DNA of 64,000 nucleotides from Arenicellales bacterium (GTDB lineage Bacteria; Pseudomonadota; Gammaproteobacteria; Arenicellales; JAJDZL01): NCBI GenBank assembly GCA_964291225.2, contig OZ219781.1, positions 3,250,656 to 3,314,655 of the forward strand, read 5' to 3'. Shown piece by piece: positions 62,506 to 64,000 of this stretch (position 1 is its first letter; each line of letters starts with the position of its first letter). The notes under the pieces were generated by a model. It saw only the letters and a program-made list of their open reading frames with translations, ran no database searches and was not told where the DNA came from. The position numbers and the translations under genes were made by a program.

Positions 62506-62631
62506 ACCCATTCTCATATTTGACAATATATGAATTTCAATTCGTGTTGTGATTTTCTTAGTTATCAATGCGTGTTTGCTAAATCTCACAGGAAACTAAT
62601 CTCATGTTAGTAAATAAACTTTTGCAGTTCG

Positions 62632-64000
62632 ATGCGCACTAAAACAGAACAGTTTGACTATATTATTGTTGGTGCTGGTTCGGCTGGATGTGTACTCGCT
62701 AATCGCTTGACCGAAGATGCTGAGGTTTCAGTGTTGTTACTGGAATCTGGGCCTGTTGATCGGCACTGGCAAATCCAAATGCCGGCTGCCTTTGCACAAC
62801 CACTAAATAGTGACCGATTCAATTGGGCATACAAGACATTGCCAGAGCCTTATTTGGATAATCGGGTGATGGATTGCCCGCGAGGAAGGGTGCTTGGCGG
62901 TTCTTCATCGATAAATGGCATGTGCTATGTGCGAGGAAATGCGCTCGATTATGATCGTTGGGCGCAAGAAACCGGTGATTCCAATTGGTCGTATGCACAC
63001 TGTCTGCCATATTTTCGTAAATCAGAAACCCGCAAAGCCGGAGCTGATGATTATCACGGTGGAAATGGCCCGCTAGTTGTAACTACCGGCGCTTGCGAAA
63101 ACCCACTGTATCAGGCTTTCATAGAAGCTGGAATTCAAGCCGGTTATGGCCATACTGAAGATCAGAACGGGTATAGACAGGAAGGATTTGGTACGATGGA
63201 TATGACTGTTAATGATGGTGTTCGTTGGAGCACTGTCAAAGCCTACCTCGATCCAATTAGCGCGCGTAAAAATCTCGTTGTCAGGCGCCGGGTGTTGGCT
63301 ACAAGAGTACTTTTGAGAGGTGCACACGTCACTGGAATTGAGGTTCTGACTTCAAGCGGTTTGAAAATTTTTGAGTGTGACCGTGAAGTAATTTTGACTG
63401 CAGGTGTAATCAATTCACCTCAGTTGCTGAATCTATCTGGAATCGGAGCAGCCGACCAGCTTGAGAAAATATCTGTTCCAGTACTGATCGATTTACCGGG
63501 CGTTGGCGCTAATTTGCAAGACCACCTTGAAGTGTATGTTCAGCAGAGTTGTAAGCAGCCGATATCACTGTACCCAGTGCTCAAAAAATCAAAACAAGCA
63601 ATGGTGTTATTAGAATGGATGATGAAAAAACGCGGTTTGGGCACTACCAATCATTTTGAGGCAGGTGCTTTCATCCGAAGTAGCGCGGGTGTTGAGCATC
63701 CAGATTTGCAATTTCACTTTTTTCCTGTTGCTGCCAACTATGATGGGAGTGCACCTGTGAAAGATCATGGATATCAAGCTCATATGGGACCGATGCGACC
63801 TACAAGCCGTGGGACTGTGCGTACTGTTTCTAATGATCCGCGGGTTGCGCCCGAAATCATATTTAACTATATGGCAACCGAACAAGACCGCAAGGAAATG
63901 AGAGATGGCGTGCGGCTTACTAGGGAGATTTTTGCACAAAAAGCATTTGATCCTTTCCGCGGTGTAGAGATTGCCCCAGGAACTTCCATTGAATCAGATG
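62632..64000 (+). CDS. betA: choline dehydrogenase / GMC oxidoreductase, 3' end beyond the window
   Basis: Not in the track because it runs off the end. Manual translation from the ATG at 62632 gives MRTKTEQFDYIIVGAGSAGCVLANRLTED..GRVLGGSSSINGMCYVRGN..GGNGPL.., with the GMC signatures and an FAD GxGxxG motif. Confidence 0.85.
   Translation, partial: MRTKTEQFDYIIVGAGSAGCVLANRLTEDAEVSVLLLESGPVDRHWQIQMPAAFAQPLNSDRFNWAYKTLPEPYLDNRVMDCPRGRVLGGSSSINGMCYVRGNALDYDRWAQETGDSNWSYAHCLPYFRKSETRKAGADDYHGGNGPLVVTTGACENPLYQAFIEAGIQAGYGHTEDQNGYRQEGFGTMDMTVNDGVRWSTVKAYLDPISARKNLVVRRRVLATRVLLRGAHVTGIEVLTSSGLKIFECDREVILTAGVINSPQLLNLSGIGAADQLEKISVPVLIDLPGVGANLQDHLEVYVQQSCKQPISLYPVLKKSKQAMVLLEWMMKKRGLGTTNHFEAGAFIRSSAGVEHPDLQFHFFPVAANYDGSAPVKDHGYQAHMGPMRPTSRGTVRTVSNDPRVAPEIIFNYMATEQDRKEMRDGVRLTREIFAQKAFDPFRGVEIAPGTSIESD

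Overview
This 64-kb window looks like a low-GC Gram-negative chromosome. Hand-counted 60-nt samples give about 37-45% GC. The hflK-hflC-DUF2065-hisZ-purA order resembles Pseudomonas, so it is probably a marine gammaproteobacterium. Most of the window is ordinary core metabolism and transport: two paralogous Dpp/Opp-type ABC importers, aapJQMP, oxyR-catalase, lipA, nadA, hemH, an AddAB-type nuclease/helicase pair, a DegP-like protease, rpe, trpE, tsaD, hflKC, hisZ, purA, ddl and betA. Several foreign or decaying patches are embedded in this core. (1) At the left edge there is a type II R-M module. Its methyltransferase has a HEAT-like N-terminal extension, its nuclease ORF is missing from the supplied track, and a multiply disrupted P-loop ATPase gene lies next to it. 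(2) A decayed paralogue of an ABC substrate-binding protein gene is present. (3) A solitary Fic protein has a non-canonical active-site motif. (4) A C-terminal stump of a PDDEXK_9-type nuclease gene remains. (5) The most striking patch is a ~4.3-kb insertion of ~63% GC. It carries a single 1115-aa autotransporter with Calx-beta and FN3 domains. This gene has a 16-nt poly-G tract between its start codon and its signal peptide, which makes it a candidate phase-variation switch. The insertion splits a D-amino-acid-related neighbourhood (dgcN/dgcA-like pair, amidase, class IV aminotransferase, ddl). A BacNav-type voltage-gated channel with an unusually acidic selectivity filter (TLEDWTD) also deserves a second look. 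I found no rRNA, tRNA, CRISPR array, transposase or integrase. All functional calls rest on motif recognition by eye, not on database searches.
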